Below are positions 11,428 through 24,919 of a DNA stretch of 64,000 nucleotides, piece after piece (the first letter of the stretch is position 1; each line of letters opens with the position of its first letter). The notes beneath the pieces were generated by a model that was given only the letters and a program-made list of their open reading frames with translations, made no database searches and had not been told where the DNA came from. Source of the stretch: Phaeosaccion multiseriatum (lineage: Eukaryota; Protista; Ochrophyta, other classes). Location: positions 3,410,001-3,474,000 of the forward strand of contig OZ218952.1 in NCBI GenBank assembly GCA_965112735.1, given 5' to 3'. A program made the position numbers and the translations under genes.

Positions 11428-12268
11428 CTTTCAATCTGTATGTTCTCTGTGCACGCAGGGTGGTGGCCGTGCTCCCGCACCCGCGCCATCAGGAGTCGCT
11501 CCCGTCGCCGCTCCTGCCCCCGCCCCTGCACCTTCACCCCCCCCCCCCGTCTTCAAGAAGACCAAGACCAAGACGAGGCACGTGCACCACAAGATCGAGC
11601 CCCAGCGCTACACACACTACACCACCTTCCCAGGCGGTTCCCACCACCGAAGGGCGGAGGAGGAGGCGGTGGAGGAAGACCAGGAGAAGGGCATGGCCAT
11701 GGAGCTAACGGTAGGGACAGGGACGGAAGAAGGGGGAATGTTTGACGACGCGGATAGCACTACCGACGAGGAAGATGGCCCTTGGTACACCATCACATCC
11801 TCCTCCTCTTTCTCTGAGGAGACGACTGACGGGGAGGTCGAGATCACGGAGGAGCAGGAGCAGTTGGTGATCTACGTCAACATGGAGCAGCAGCTGGAGG
11901 AGACGGTGGAGGAGTGGCAGGCTCGCGAGAGGGACCAGGCCGAGGCTGCTGTGGTGCTCCTCAGGGAGCGTCTAGCGGAACAAGGCCGCACAGACGAGCA
12001 TGCCGTGGCTGAGGTGAGGTGGGGGGGACAGGGCAAGGAGGGAGGGGGGGGAGAGGGGAAGTGAGAGCAGTGGGTGGTAACCAGCCGAGTGGTACTCGTT
12101 GTGTTGTTGTTGTTGTTGTTGTTGTTGTTGCTGTTGTGGTTATTGTTGTTGCTGTTGTTGTTGTACTTTTGTGTGTTTGTGTCTCGCTTCCCTCCACCAC
12201 AGGTGCGAGAGGTCATCTTGGCCGCCGTCGGGCTCGGAGGGGGCGGGGAGCAGGCCGCCGCAAACTGA
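10932..12268 (+). CDS. Secreted Gly/Ala/Pro-rich protein with acidic C-terminus (3 exons)
   Basis: Signal peptide MGKQQTSRLLQRPILLAALLLASLLLLSTQVVGA. Exons 10932-11339, 11459-12013 and 12203-12268 join in frame through GT-AG introns. Confidence 0.7.
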
Positions 12269-13394
12269 GGAATGGGAGGAATACCCTCCCTTGGGAGTAG
12301 GGAAGAGGAAGGAGGGTCCGAGGGAAGCGACGAGGGGAGGGAGGGGCAGCACACTTTTTGTATTGTTGCGTGGAGGATTTTTGAATAGTGTGGCGGAAAG
12401 GAAATTGTTTGCAATATTAGGGGAGTTTATTTCAACCGGGGGAAGGGAGGGAGGGAGGGAGGGAGGGAGGGGGACGAGGAGGAGAAGGCGAGGAGGGTGT
12501 GTGGCGTGGTGCGTGTCGCCTCCCGTCAAAGGTGTAAATAATTCAATTGACCGATCATGGGCACTCAAAGGGTCATCATCATCATCGCATTACGGCAGGG
12601 GCACAACCCCCCCCCCCCCCTACCTCCTTCGTCCGACCAGCGATGAGCGCATTAAGAGGGACGCCGACCTCTACCTATCTCCTGCCTAACTACCTAACCA
12701 CCGTAGACATGACAGATTCGGGTCAGATGTCAGTGGGTGACCGTCAGTGGTAGAGCGCTCCGCTCATGATGGATACTTGAGAGCCCAACCACACACCAAC
12801 CAACCAACCAAACCCACAACCCATCCAATTGAGAGCCCCAGCTTGGTCATCCGGCCCCGGTGGTGACTCGTTGACGACCTGCTGTGCTTGTGCTGTGCTG
12901 TTGCTGTGTGCTAGGGGAGTATTTGACGACAAGTGTCGAACCTCCGTACAACACACACGCACACGCATGCACACGCACCCACATCGGTGCCGTTGCTGCT
13001 GATGCTGCCCATATGACTGCTACTGCTACTGCGGCTGCTGCTGTAAGCCTACCCATCCAATCCATCCAGGGCGGTTGGTTGTTCGAGGAGGTGGTGCTCT
13101 CCTGTCGTCTCCGGTCTGTGGCTGTGGCGGGAGGACACCCCCGTAAGAAGCTGCAGCCTGCCCAGCGAGTACCACTGCCTGAAAACTCTTCTGCGGACCT
13201 TATTACCACCTACTGCTGCAGCTGCTGTGCTTTTTGCCCCTCCAACAGGCACTGTTTTCGGCCGCACACGTCGGTCGATATATAGAGCATGGAGGAGCTC
13301 CATGTTTCAACAACAAGAAGTCGTGGCCAAAGTAGAGCACGGCTTCGTGGAGCTCTCTCCAGGACCGGTGCTTTGAGATTCCTCTTCCGTAGTT

Positions 13395-13931
13395 CTACAA
13401 CATGGCCGTGACGCTGACGGAAACAAGCGCTCTCTTGTCCGATGACACCGCGGGGCTGTACACGAGAGTCAGCGCTGGGGCCCTCGCCTTCGGTGCTGTC
13501 ATTGCTGTTGGCGCCCCCTCCTTCTCACTGCCGGGCCGTTCACCAGCATCCCTGCGGGGGCCGGTAGCAGCCAGCCAGTCCTCCCACTTCTGCAGTACCG
13601 CTTCCATCCTCCTCCCGTCGTCCCCCCCCCCTGCCTCAGGCACCACCGCCAGCTGGGCATGGACGAGCCTGTCCTTGCCACTTCCCGCCTCCTTGAGAAG
13701 CTGGTCTATCTTGGCCAGCGCCTCAGTAGTCTGCTCCTCCACACTACCCTTCGCTTCCCCTCCCCCATCTTCTGCTCCCCCTGCCAGGGAAGTAGTCCCT
13801 CCTCCGGCTGTCTGCCCACTGATATAGACCGTGCCTCTACCCTGTGCCACAACGACTGCTTTGCTCTCCCGTGCACCTGGACGGACCCTTCGCACGGTAC
13901 CTGCAGCTGCCGACCCTCCTCGTCCTCCTCG

Positions 13932-13967
<36 letters not shown>

Positions 13968-14536
13968 GGAGTCCACTTGGGCCAGAGCCGCGTCAATCTC
14001 CTGCAGGGAAGGGGAACACGTATCAGCAACTGAACCCAACTCATTTCCCCCCCGGCAGCAAGTCGGTATGTTTGCGGATGTGCGTCCCCTCTCGATTCTT
14101 TGTCCCCCTTTGTCCCCTTCCCCCGCCTTTCTCTGCACGATGTCTTCCTTACCTCCTTCCGGAGGCCCTTGCTGATCATGCCAAAGAAAGGAGGTGGGCA
14201 GGGGGATAAAGGCGGTGAAGGAGGCATGAGCTAGAAACAAGGTAAGCACTGCCCTGGGACACCACGCCGCCCCACACTCCCCCCCCCCTTCTTTCTAACT
14301 CCCGGCACTCATCCTTACATCGTCACAATTATACCATGCCACACCAGTTCGCACCTGGTCAAAAACGCCACCCTCTGACTTAGCGACGAGCCCCTGGTCT
14401 TCTGATGGCCGAGGAAATGGACCGCCCTCCGCACCATATCATCTCGGACTCCCGATCCTCCCACTTCCTCTCCATTGCCGGAACTACTGGTGCCACTCTT
14501 ACCGCTGTCACCTCCTTCCTCATTTGAGTCACTCAT
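13395..14536 (-). CDS. Pex14 N-terminal domain fused to a Rid/YjgF (YoaB-like) domain (3 exons)
   Basis: The splice VRDDMVRRAVHFLGHQKTRGSSLSQRVAFLTS|KGLRKE|EIDAALAQV matches Pex14_N. It is followed by ARESKAVVV..TVYISGQTA..VEEQTTEALAKIDQLLKEAGSGKDRLVHAQL..WEDW..APALTLV..LVSVSVTAML*, a Rid fold. Confidence 0.8.
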
Positions 14537-14824
14537 TTCGAGCCGCAGTAATCAGGAGAGAGGCTCAATCAGGAGGGGAGTATGCCGAAAAAAGTGAAAA
14601 AAAGGAGAATTGGAGGGATAGGGGTGGCTTTGCTTGCTTTGGAGGGGAGATAAAAGCTTGGCGGAAAGGGTGAAAGGGATGATCGGACACAATGATGGAG
14701 ATACAAGAAGTCGAATCCACGCTACGCCAGCTGTTGTGAAACCGTGAGAAAGCTGATATGCACGCACAAAACAAACTTGCAGCGCGCGGCGCCGGCCGTG
14801 TACATCCCTGAATACCTGTGAGCA

Positions 14825-17299
14825 ATGGCTTCCCGACCAGAAGGAGGGTCGGGGGGAGGCTCAGAAGCGGGAGAGCGGACTTTCTTGACCGGTGTCAACA
14901 ACCTCGGGGATCACAATGAAGAGGATGACTTGTTGCTCGAAATGCGGGGAAGGGGCTACACGGACGCAGCGGAGAGAGACGAGCGAGGCTACACGGACAT
15001 GACGGAGAGAGACGGGGAGGAGGACGAGGACGAGGACATTGATGGTTATGGCAATGCCGTAGGAGAAGGGGGTGGCAATCCTGGCGATGGTGACGAGGAA
15101 GCGCGTGAAGACAGCCTGGAGCAGCTGCTGGGGCCGGGGGAGGTCGGGACCGGAGCTCTGAGCGCGTTTATCGGCACGGTGCTCATGACTCTTGACTCTG
15201 ATCGGACAGTGGTGTTGAAGCACGAGTTCTTCAAGCAGCCAAACCAGGCCCTCGACATTGTGCAGTTCGTCCAGGTAACCGATCTGGCTTCCCCTCATTT
15301 TCCATCTACCCTCTGCCCTCTGCCCTCTGCCATCTGAACTACCTCCACTACCCAGCTCTAAACTCGGCCCTCCCTCTTCTATCACCCAGCTCCACTCCAG
15401 AGATACTGTCTAAGTAAAGGGGCTTCCGGGTACACATCAACAACTCTATTGAGGAGGAATGCATCACCTTCCTCCGCTCTCTCCCCTTCTTGACAAAAGA
15501 GTCCTACTACACCTCCCTTCGCCTGTCCACATGTGCCCAACACTGACACTGAACCTCCGCCTCCACCGCTACCCTACTTTCAACCCTCCACACCCACAAC
15601 TGCGCTCCGACAGGCCATGAGCACATTCCTCCGAGGCGAGTGCGAGCTCAACCCCAAACTGATTGTGTACCACCTCTGTGAGATGTTCAACCTCATTGAC
15701 GTGAACGGAGACGCTGCCGTGGACTGGGGCGAGTTTACATCCTTTATGGTGGACGTCGGCATGAAGGAGTGGGAGGGGAGCGGGGGGAAGCTGCCGCTCC
15801 TCACTCACAGGTGCGCATATGTCAAGCATATCATACGTATGCTAGGGGAGTATGTCAAGCATATCATACGTATACTAGGGGAGTATGTCAAGGATATCAT
15901 ACGTATGCTAGGGGAGTATGTCAAGCATATCATACGTATACTAGGGGAGTATGTCAAGGATATCATACGTATGCTAGGGGAGTATGTCAAGCATATCATA
16001 CGTATACTAGGGGAGTATGTCAAGGATATCATACGTATGCTAGGGGAGAGAAGACAGGAGAGGAGAGATGGAGAGGGGAGAGGAGAGGAGAGGAGAGAGG
16101 AGAGAGACACGGGAGAGGGGACTGGGGAGAGGGGAGAGGGGAGAGGGGAGAGGGGAGAGGAGAGGAGGAGAGGAGGAGAGGAGGAGTGGAGGAGTGGAGG
16201 AGTGGAGGAGTGGAGGAGGGGAGGAGTAGAGGAGAGGAGGAGTAGAGGAGTAGAGGAGAGGAGGAGTAGAGGAGTAGAGGAGAGGAGGAGTAGAGGAGTA
16301 GAGGAGAGGAGGAGAGGAGAGATGAAAGAGGAGAGGAGGAGTAGAGGAGAGCTGAAAACTCATGATGTCAAGCGTGCAAGACAAAGGCCTATGTGTTTGC
16401 ACAGGCCGGCCTGCAAGACAAAGGCCTATATGTTTGCACAGGCCTGCCTGTACCTTCCCTTGTCCACTTCCTGCGGTGCGGTCCTTGGCCGCATACCACG
16501 CCCCCCACCCAATCCGCCCACATACCGGCGCACCCACCCATCTACCCCCCCCCCCACACACACACCCACACACACCCACAAACACCCCACCCTCTTCAAA
16601 CGCACATGTGCACACGCGCACAACGTATCAATGATGCAGGGGGTGTGTTGAGCAGATGAGTCCCTTGACAGAGGTCGAGAAAACTTTCTTCTTCCCGGCC
16701 AACGACGCCGTGGTGGTGCTCGAACCGAACGCCTCAAGCTTCAGTTCCTTCACGGCCTCCACTCTCGCCTTCAGGAAGACATATACGGTGAGAGGGAGAG
16801 GGAGGGGGAGAGGGAGAGGGAGAGGGAGAGGGAGAGAGAGACAGAGAGGGAGGGAGAGGGACGGAGAGGGAGAGCGAGGGGGACGGGGAGGCCCAAGAGG
16901 CATGGGAGCGAAGGAGAAAAGGGCGCAAGAGATGGCCTGGACTCATCGCACTCGCTCCTTGACTTCTTCGCCCTGGCCCGCCTCCGTCCGTCGTCTCCCC
17001 CATACGCCTCTACCCAACACCCCCCCCCTCTGACTCTTGTGCTCCTCCTCACCCCTACCAGGTTCAGACCAAGAGCAGCATCAAGTGGGTAGAGCATGCT
17101 TCGGACTCTGCGCTATACATTGTCTCCACGGCCGACAAGGCACTGCACTTGCTTGATGAGTCCGTTGGGCAACCCGTCCGGTCAATTCGCCTCTCCAGGC
17201 AAGTGGGGGGGGGAGGGGGGAGTGGACTGAGGAGGGCATGGACAGGCTGTGGGTATGATAGCCAAGGGGAAAGTGATTTCAAGAGCAGTGGTTTGGGGA

Positions 17300-17335
<36 letters not shown>

Positions 17336-17977
17336 AGAAAGGAGGGCGGGACGCGGCGGGAGGGAGGACAGGAAGGAGTATGCAGTCGAAGAGGGAAGAG
17401 AAGATCGAGAAGGCAAGACAGGACAAGGCACAGAGGCTTACGCTCCTCTCCCTCCCCCCCCCCTCCCCCCTCTTCCTCCACTCTCTCTACCCTTCTCCCC
17501 CCCCCCCCACCCCCTCCCCTCTCCTCCTCTCCAACAACGACAGCAACTGCTTCTCTATGGAACTGCGCTCTCCCCAACAGGATCTCCTTTTCACGGGGCA
17601 CCTTGATGGTCTGGTGCGCGTGTGGAAGTGGCCAGACCTCCTCAAGCCCCTCAAGCCTGCTTGCTTCTCCGTCATGGGCAGGAGCAAGGACAAGAAGGTA
17701 AGGGGTCGCAGGGAGGGAGGGACGGAGGGAGGGAGGGAGGGAGGGACGGAGGGACGGAGGGAGGGATGGAGGGAGGGAGGGAGAGGGTGGGTGAAGAGGA
17801 GCCCAGGCCCACACCTACATGCTCATGCTCACCCCCACCCCCCTAACCACACTCACACGCACGCACACACACATGCACACACACGCACACATCGATCCAC
17901 ACGCACACCCACCCACATGCACACACACACACATCCACACCCACCCACCCACACACACACACACCCACACACACCCA

Positions 17978-18025
<48 letters not shown>

Positions 18026-21000
18026 CCACACGTACACACTCACCCACACACACCCCCACGCGCGCGCACACACACACCGACCCACACGCACACACACGCA
18101 CACACACATACACGTACACACGCACACACGCATACACCGACCCACACGCGCACGCACACACCCACACACGCACACACCCACACACCCACGCACCCACACA
18201 CTCACACCCACACACACACACACACACCGAACGATACGCACCCCACATGCACACACACGCACACACACGCACACACACTCTCACACACACACACACCGCA
18301 TGGTCAGTTCTATGCGGACGGCGAAGTGAAGACCTCTTCTCGCCGCCCTTTGCAGCCATCCACGGGCTTCCCGGGGGCGCACACCGACGTGGTGCTAAAG
18401 CTCCTCGTGCTACCGGGCCTTAACCTCGTGGCGAGCAGCAGCATGGATCACTTAATCAAGGTATTGGGTGTCAGGAGGGGGGGGGGGGGCGGGAGAGAGG
18501 AGGGAGTGAGGAGGGAGAGTGGAGGGCGGGGGGGAGGGAGAGAGGAGGGAGAGAGGAGAGAGGGGTGTGTAGGGGGAGGGGTGGCGGGTGTGGGTGTGTT
18601 AGGGTCTGTGGTGGGAGGCGTGAGGTGTTAACACCAAACCCAAGCGCGCTCTGTCTCTTGTCTTCTCTCACGCCTTTCCCTCCCTCCCTCCCTCCCTCCC
18701 TCCGCCCCTCCCTACCTTCCTCCCTCGAATACTCCTCCCGATGATGTGTGTTTGTGTGTGGCCCTGCTGCCCGGAGCAGTTGTGGGATGTGACCAACTGG
18801 GCCTTAGCAAACACTCTGACAGGCCATCATCAGGGAGTGCGCACCATGAGTTATTGCACCAGTAACGGACTTCTGGTAAGTCAGTGAGAATGAGGGTGTG
18901 GGAAGGACTAGAATGAGAGGGAGGGAGTGCGTGGGTACGTGGGTGAGTGGGCGAGTGGGTGGGTGGGTGGATGGGAAGGAGTAGATTGAGGAGTGAGCGA
19001 GGGAGTGAGCGCATGAGTGATTAGGGAGGTGAGAGGAGTGGGTGAGGGAATGAGTGAGCAAGTGAGCAAGAGTGCGTGAGTGCGTGAATGAGTGACGGAG
19101 GGACTTACAGAGTGAGTACAGCACATCACGCTTCGCTCAACCCCCCCCCCCCAATCCACCCACGCCCTCCCCCACGCCCTCCCCCACACCCTCCCCCACC
19201 CACGCACCCACTCACGCACCCACGCATTGTCGAGAAGGTGTCTGCGGGTTTCGAATTCGAGTGTCTTCTGTGGAACCCGTTCATCTCGCGGCCCGTCAGT
19301 CGCCTCAGTGGTCACGCCGCCCCCATGTGCGGGGTGTTTATGGTCCCCAACACCCCGCAGCTCTTCACGGGAGACACTAGGTACGCATCTGCACACATGG
19401 TCGTCAAGTTGGAGCTGCATACGCCCATGCACACATGCACGAGATGGTGCGGCACACACACACACATTCATTCTCAAGTCAAGCATGCTACCTCCCTCCC
19501 TCCCTCCCTCCCTCCCTCCCTCCCTCCCTCCCTCTGTCCCTCCCTCCTTGCCCTCCCTCCATCTGTATTACCAACCGGCCTACCGGCCGTCAGTGGTGTA
19601 ATGAAGGTGTGGGACACACGGAGCTTCTCCTGCGTACAGACAGTGTGCTTCTTCTCGCAGAACAGAAAGCACTACCGAGGCAAGGGGGGAAAGGGGAAAG
19701 GAAAGCGTAGCGGAGGGAAGGGGGGGGGGGGCGGAGGGGGCCGGGGGGGGGGAGAAGGTGTCGTGGGAGGAGGCGGTGGAAACGGGGAGACCGGAGGGGG
19801 TGAGGGGGGAGCAAGCGAGGGAGGAGAAGGGCAGGGAGGAGGAGGAGGAGGAGGAGGAGGAGGGGACGGAGGAGGAGGAGGAGGAGGAGGAGGAGGAGGT
19901 GGTGGTGGTGGTGGTGGTGGTGGTGGTGGTGGTGGTGGAAGAGGAGGAGGCTGCTCTGGAAGAAAGGGTGTGGCCAATCTGTCCCTGCTCAACACCGTAC
20001 AGATGCGATCCTTCGTCGTTCTGTGGCCCTATAACCTCCTTCTTGGGGCAGGGCGATCGTTGCAGGCCTTTGATTGGATGCAGGAGGCGTCTGACCTATT
20101 GACAGACGAGTCTCCTTGCTTCGCGGTGGCGTTTAACAAAGACGATCACACGCTCTGCACAGCATCTGCGCTTGGGGCCAAGGTGAGTGAGAGCGGGGGG
20201 GGGGAGGGGGGGGAGGGGAGGGGAGGGGAGGGGAGGGGAGGGGAGGGAGGGGGGGGAGGGACGGTGGAAGGAGTTTAATGAGAAGAAGAAGAGCAAGGAG
20301 GAAGAGGAGGCGCTGTGTGACGTCACCAGTCTTCTTGCTTTCCTCTTTCTCGTCCTCATCCACGCCATCCTCTTCCTCTCGTCCAATCTCTGTCTCTCGT
20401 GTCTGGCGGGCGTAGGTGTGGGATGCTTCCACCGGATGTCTGCTGCGCTCTTTCAAGCTCGACGAGCGGCGGGGAGGGGGGTCCGTTCCTCCGCCCTACA
20501 CAGCCATGTGCCTCGACACGGGCAATAGGAAGATCGTCGCCGCCACACAGGTGGGTGGAGGGCTCCGTTAAGGGGTCTGTTGAGGGGTTGAGGGGTCCGT
20601 TACTCACTAACCAACACACTCACTTAGTCGCTCACTCACTCACTTACTCACTCACTCATTCACTCACTCACTTTCTACCTCACACCCTCCCTCCCTCCCT
20701 CCCTCCCTCCCTCCAATGCTCAGAACGGAGAGGTGACAGTCCACAACTACCTCACCGGAAACCTCATGAAGAGCCTCGCCTATGAGGACTGCAAGGGCCG
20801 GGCACATGATGGAGAGGTGAGCAGCCTCATCTGCGCACAAGCAGAGCGCATACTCATCACGGCAGGGGCGGACAGGTAAGAAAGAGGGAGGGAGGGAGGG
20901 AGGGAGGGAGGGAGAGAGGGAGGGAGGAAGGAAGGAAGGAAGCAAGGAAGGAAGGAAGGAAGGAAGGAAGGAAGGAAGGAAGGAAGGAAGGAAGGAAGGA

Positions 21001-22297
21001 AGGAAGCAAGGAAGGAAGGAAGGAAGGAAGGAAGGAAAGAAGGAAGGAAGGAAGGAAGAACGAAAGAAAGGAAGGGAGGGGGGGGCAGCAAGGGGGGGGG
21101 GGGGGGAGGAGGGCTTTGCGGCTATTCTTCCCCACTCCTTGCGAGCCTTGCATGTCGAAATGTGATGCACAACACAAGAAAAGAAAGCAAGTGAACTGAA
21201 ACTCAACGCTTGGCTCCGCTTTCGTTCCCTGCGCCGAAAGGTGTATCTCCATCCACGACGAGAGCAATCCCACACACGGCTCCCTTCTGCGCAAGATTTC
21301 CAACTCCTCTCTTAGTGAGCTTTCCTGCCTCGCCTTCAGCGACCATCTCAACCTCGTCGCCAGCGGCTCTAGCGACGGCTCCATTGACTTATGGGACTTT
21401 ACCAGGTGCAAACACGAGGTGAGTTTCAGTTATATTTCGGTTTCGGTTTCGTAGACCTTACTCATGTCGATGATCCGACGACCACAAAGTACCGATAGCA
21501 GGGAAGGTGTGGCGCTCAGACTCGAATGTCTTCGTTTTGGTCATCTGCTTATGTATGCTTATGTATGACTCCCCTTCCTCACCGCGGCTCAGGGCACTTG
21601 CCAAGAGCTGCACCCAGGAGCCGTTACAAGCCTGGTCTTCCTAGAACCCTTTCCGGCGCTCGTTTCGGCGGACTTGGAGGGTAACTTTGCGCTGTGGGGT
21701 GTGCGACCCTCGAGGGCCAAGCTTCGTCTGCTGTCTCGATGGACCAATCCACCCGTCCTCGCTGGGTCACTCGCGCAGCAGCAGCAGTTGGTGATAGAGC
21801 AGGAGAGACTGGAGCGGCAGCGTCAGCAGGAGCAGCAGGAGCAGCAGGAGCAGGAGGAGGATAGTGAGGATAGTCAGGAGGAGGAAGGGGAGCAGCAGGA
21901 GAAGAAGAAGATGAAGAAGAACAAGAAGAAGAACAAGAAGAAGAACAAGAAGAGGAAGGAGGAGAAGGAGGACGAGGAGGAGGACGAGGAGGAGGACGAG
22001 AAGGAGGAGAGAAAGGATGTTGTTGTTGACGAGGAGGAGGGGGAGGAAGAGGAGGACAGAGTCAGCGTCTTGACTGGCTCCACTTATGGGACGAGACGAG
22101 GCAGGCGAAGGCGGCGGAGGAGGAGGGAGAGAGCAGCCAGCGGGGAGGCGGGCTTGCCTTCCCTCGTCCGATCTTCCGGGGCGACTTTGGATGATGACAA
22201 CAGTGACATTGATGATAGCGAAAGCAGTAGCAGTAGCAGCAGCGGAAGCAGTAGTAGTTGTGGTGGTAGTAGTCGTAGTAATAGTAGTAGTAGTAGC

Positions 22298-22371
<74 letters not shown>

Positions 22372-22602
22372 CAGTAGTAGTAGTAGTGATAGTGGTGGGA
22401 GAAGTAGTCTGGAATCGCTTGGGATAGCTTCCGGGTCTCACAGGAGTCTCGCGAGCTTGAGCGAGTCCATCGCAGCCGTGACCAGTACCGCAGATACACT
22501 CTCTCGGAGAAGGCAGAGGCGTTTGAGAGACAAGAGGAAGAGGAGGAGGGAGAGACGCCGCGCCAAGCGAGAGGCGGAAAGGGAGGGGAAGAAGAAGACG
22601 AA

Positions 22603-22637
<35 letters not shown>

Positions 22638-23561
22638 AGAAGAAGGAGAGTGGTCGTGTGTATATGCCTCCTCCGTGCCCAGCGGTGCGTCAAATGGTGT
22701 GGGCGGTGCATCGTGGAGGAGAGGGGGAGCTCACACCGGCAGAGCAGGCAGAGGCGGCAGAGATTCAGGCGCAGTACTCTCTGCAGGTGCAGCTGCTACA
22801 GATGGCAACAAACGCTCCTCCTCCGGGCACGAGCAGCGCGTCCGCCGCTACAGCCACCGCGGGAGGAGGGAAAGTGAGTGGGGGCGGGGGCCCTTGGTCT
22901 AACGGGGGTGGGGTGGTACGAGGAGGAGAGCCATCGACTGGAGGGAGTGGGGGGGGGCACGGTGGGTATGGAGGTAGCGGCGCTATTAGCAGTCATATGG
23001 GCAATGGCAGTCGCAGCCATGCGGGCAGTAGGCCAGAGGATATGGCAGTGGATGGAGCAAGAGAGGGAAGGGGAGGAAGTGCAGCCGATGCCCTGCGGGG
23101 AGTGAGCGGAAAGTTCCATCGAAGGTTTTCCCTCATCTCTGCAGCCGCTCAAGCAACGGCAGCGGCGGAGCTTCAGCAACTCGAGCATCTACAGCAGCAG
23201 CAGCAACAGCAGCCGCCCAAGCCGCAGCAGGAGACTGAGACGCCAGCTCCGGCAGCCTTCGTTCCAATGCCCCCAAGCTCGGGTGGGGGTGTGAGCGCGG
23301 GTGCGGGTACGAGTGTGGGCGGGCGGAGGCTGGTGAAGAAACCGTCGAAGGAAATGGATATGAAACCGTCGTTGGAAGTGGATATGGGGGATGCTCCTCT
23401 GATTCGCATTGCTGGAGCATCACCGCTGCTACAAGGGAGGGAGGGGGGTGTTGGTGATACAGGAGGAAGAGGAGCAGCGCGATGAGATCCGCCACGCGTC
23501 GACCGCGTCCTCTACTGTATCACTACTACCCTGGATGAGGGGCGTCAACGGAACGAGAGGA

Positions 23562-23592
<31 letters not shown>

Positions 23593-24879
23593 GAGGAGGA
23601 GGAGGTGGAGGAGGAGGAGGAGGGGGGAGCAAGCGAGGCAATGTTAACCACACATTCTACAAGGACTTTGGGGCCAGGCTCGAGGTGAGGGAGGGAGGGA
23701 AGGATTGGCGTGTCAGACTTGGCCTTGCCTAGGAGGGCCTTCTGGTTGACGGCTGTGGGCTCAACGGCTGAACGCTTCCTGCCTCTCTCGTCTGGGTCCG
23801 TCTCTTGTCCCTCCCCCCCCCCCCTCTCCCCCCTCCTCCTCCTCCTCCTCCTCCTCCTCCTCCTCCTCCTCCTCCTCCTCCTCCTCCTCCTCCTCCTCCT
23901 CCTCCTCCTCCTCCTCCTCCTCCTCCTCCTCCTCCTCCTCCTCCTCCTCCTCCTCCTCCTCCTCCTCCTCCTCCTCCTCCTCCTCCTCCTCCTCCTCCTC
24001 CTCCTCCTCCTCCTCCTCCTCCTCCTCCTCCTCCTCCTCCTCCTCCTCCTCCTCCTCCTCCTCCTCCTCCTCCTCCTCCTCCTCCTCCTCCTCCTCCTCC
24101 TCCTCCTCCTCCTCCTCCTCCTCCTCCTCCTCCTCCTCCTCCTCCTCCTCCTCCTCCTCCTCCTCCTCCTCCTCCTCCTCCTCCTCCTCCTCCTCCTCCT
24201 CCTCCTCCTCCTCCTCCTCCTCCTCCTCCTCCTCCTCCTCCTCCTCCTCCTCCTCCTCCTCCTCCTCCTCCTCCTCCTCCTCCTCCTCCTCCTCCTCCTC
24301 CTCCTCCTCCTCCTCCTCCTCCTCCTCCTCCTCCTCCTCCTCCTCCTCCTCCTCCTCCTCCTCCTCCTCCTCCTCCTCCTCCTCCTCCTCCTCCTCCTCC
24401 TCCTCCTCCTCCTCCTCCTCCTCTGTCCTCCTCCTCTGTCCTCCTCCTCTGTCCTCCTCCACACCACTACACCGCACATACAGGCAACGTTCAGAAAGTA
24501 CTTTGGCGTAGGGCTATCTCCGGAGCTCGAGCAAATGGGCAGCAGTATGGGCGATGGGAGCACCACCAGCACAACCACAAGCGCAGCAGTTGGTGATACA
24601 GCAGCAGGAGCAGGCAGCCCCGCCGAGCAGGCGTACCGAGGGTCCTACAACACAAACGCGGAAACCCTCTCTGCCCTGATGCAGGAGAAGCTTCGCCCCT
24701 GCCGACCGGCCGCCCTTGCCAAGTTGGTGATCTACGCTGCCGACGAGAGAGGCAAGCTCAGAAGTTGGGACCTGCGGCCTATTTTAGAGGCGCTGGAGCA
24801 CGAGCTCGGGGCGGGCCCCCTGGGGATGGCACCTCTGCCCGCGCCTTTCTCTACGCAAAATGCCTTTGCCAGCTGCAGG

Positions 24880-24919
<40 letters not shown>

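Noticed and set aside
15818-16048. CRISPR-like 33-bp repeats
   Set aside because: Head-to-tail units with no unique spacers, inside a eukaryotic intron, and no cas genes.
23440-23450. Programmed frameshift in the WD40 gene (also 31641-31655 in the unknown gene)
   Set aside because: The shifts coincide with G/C homopolymers, so sequencing or assembly indels are more parsimonious.
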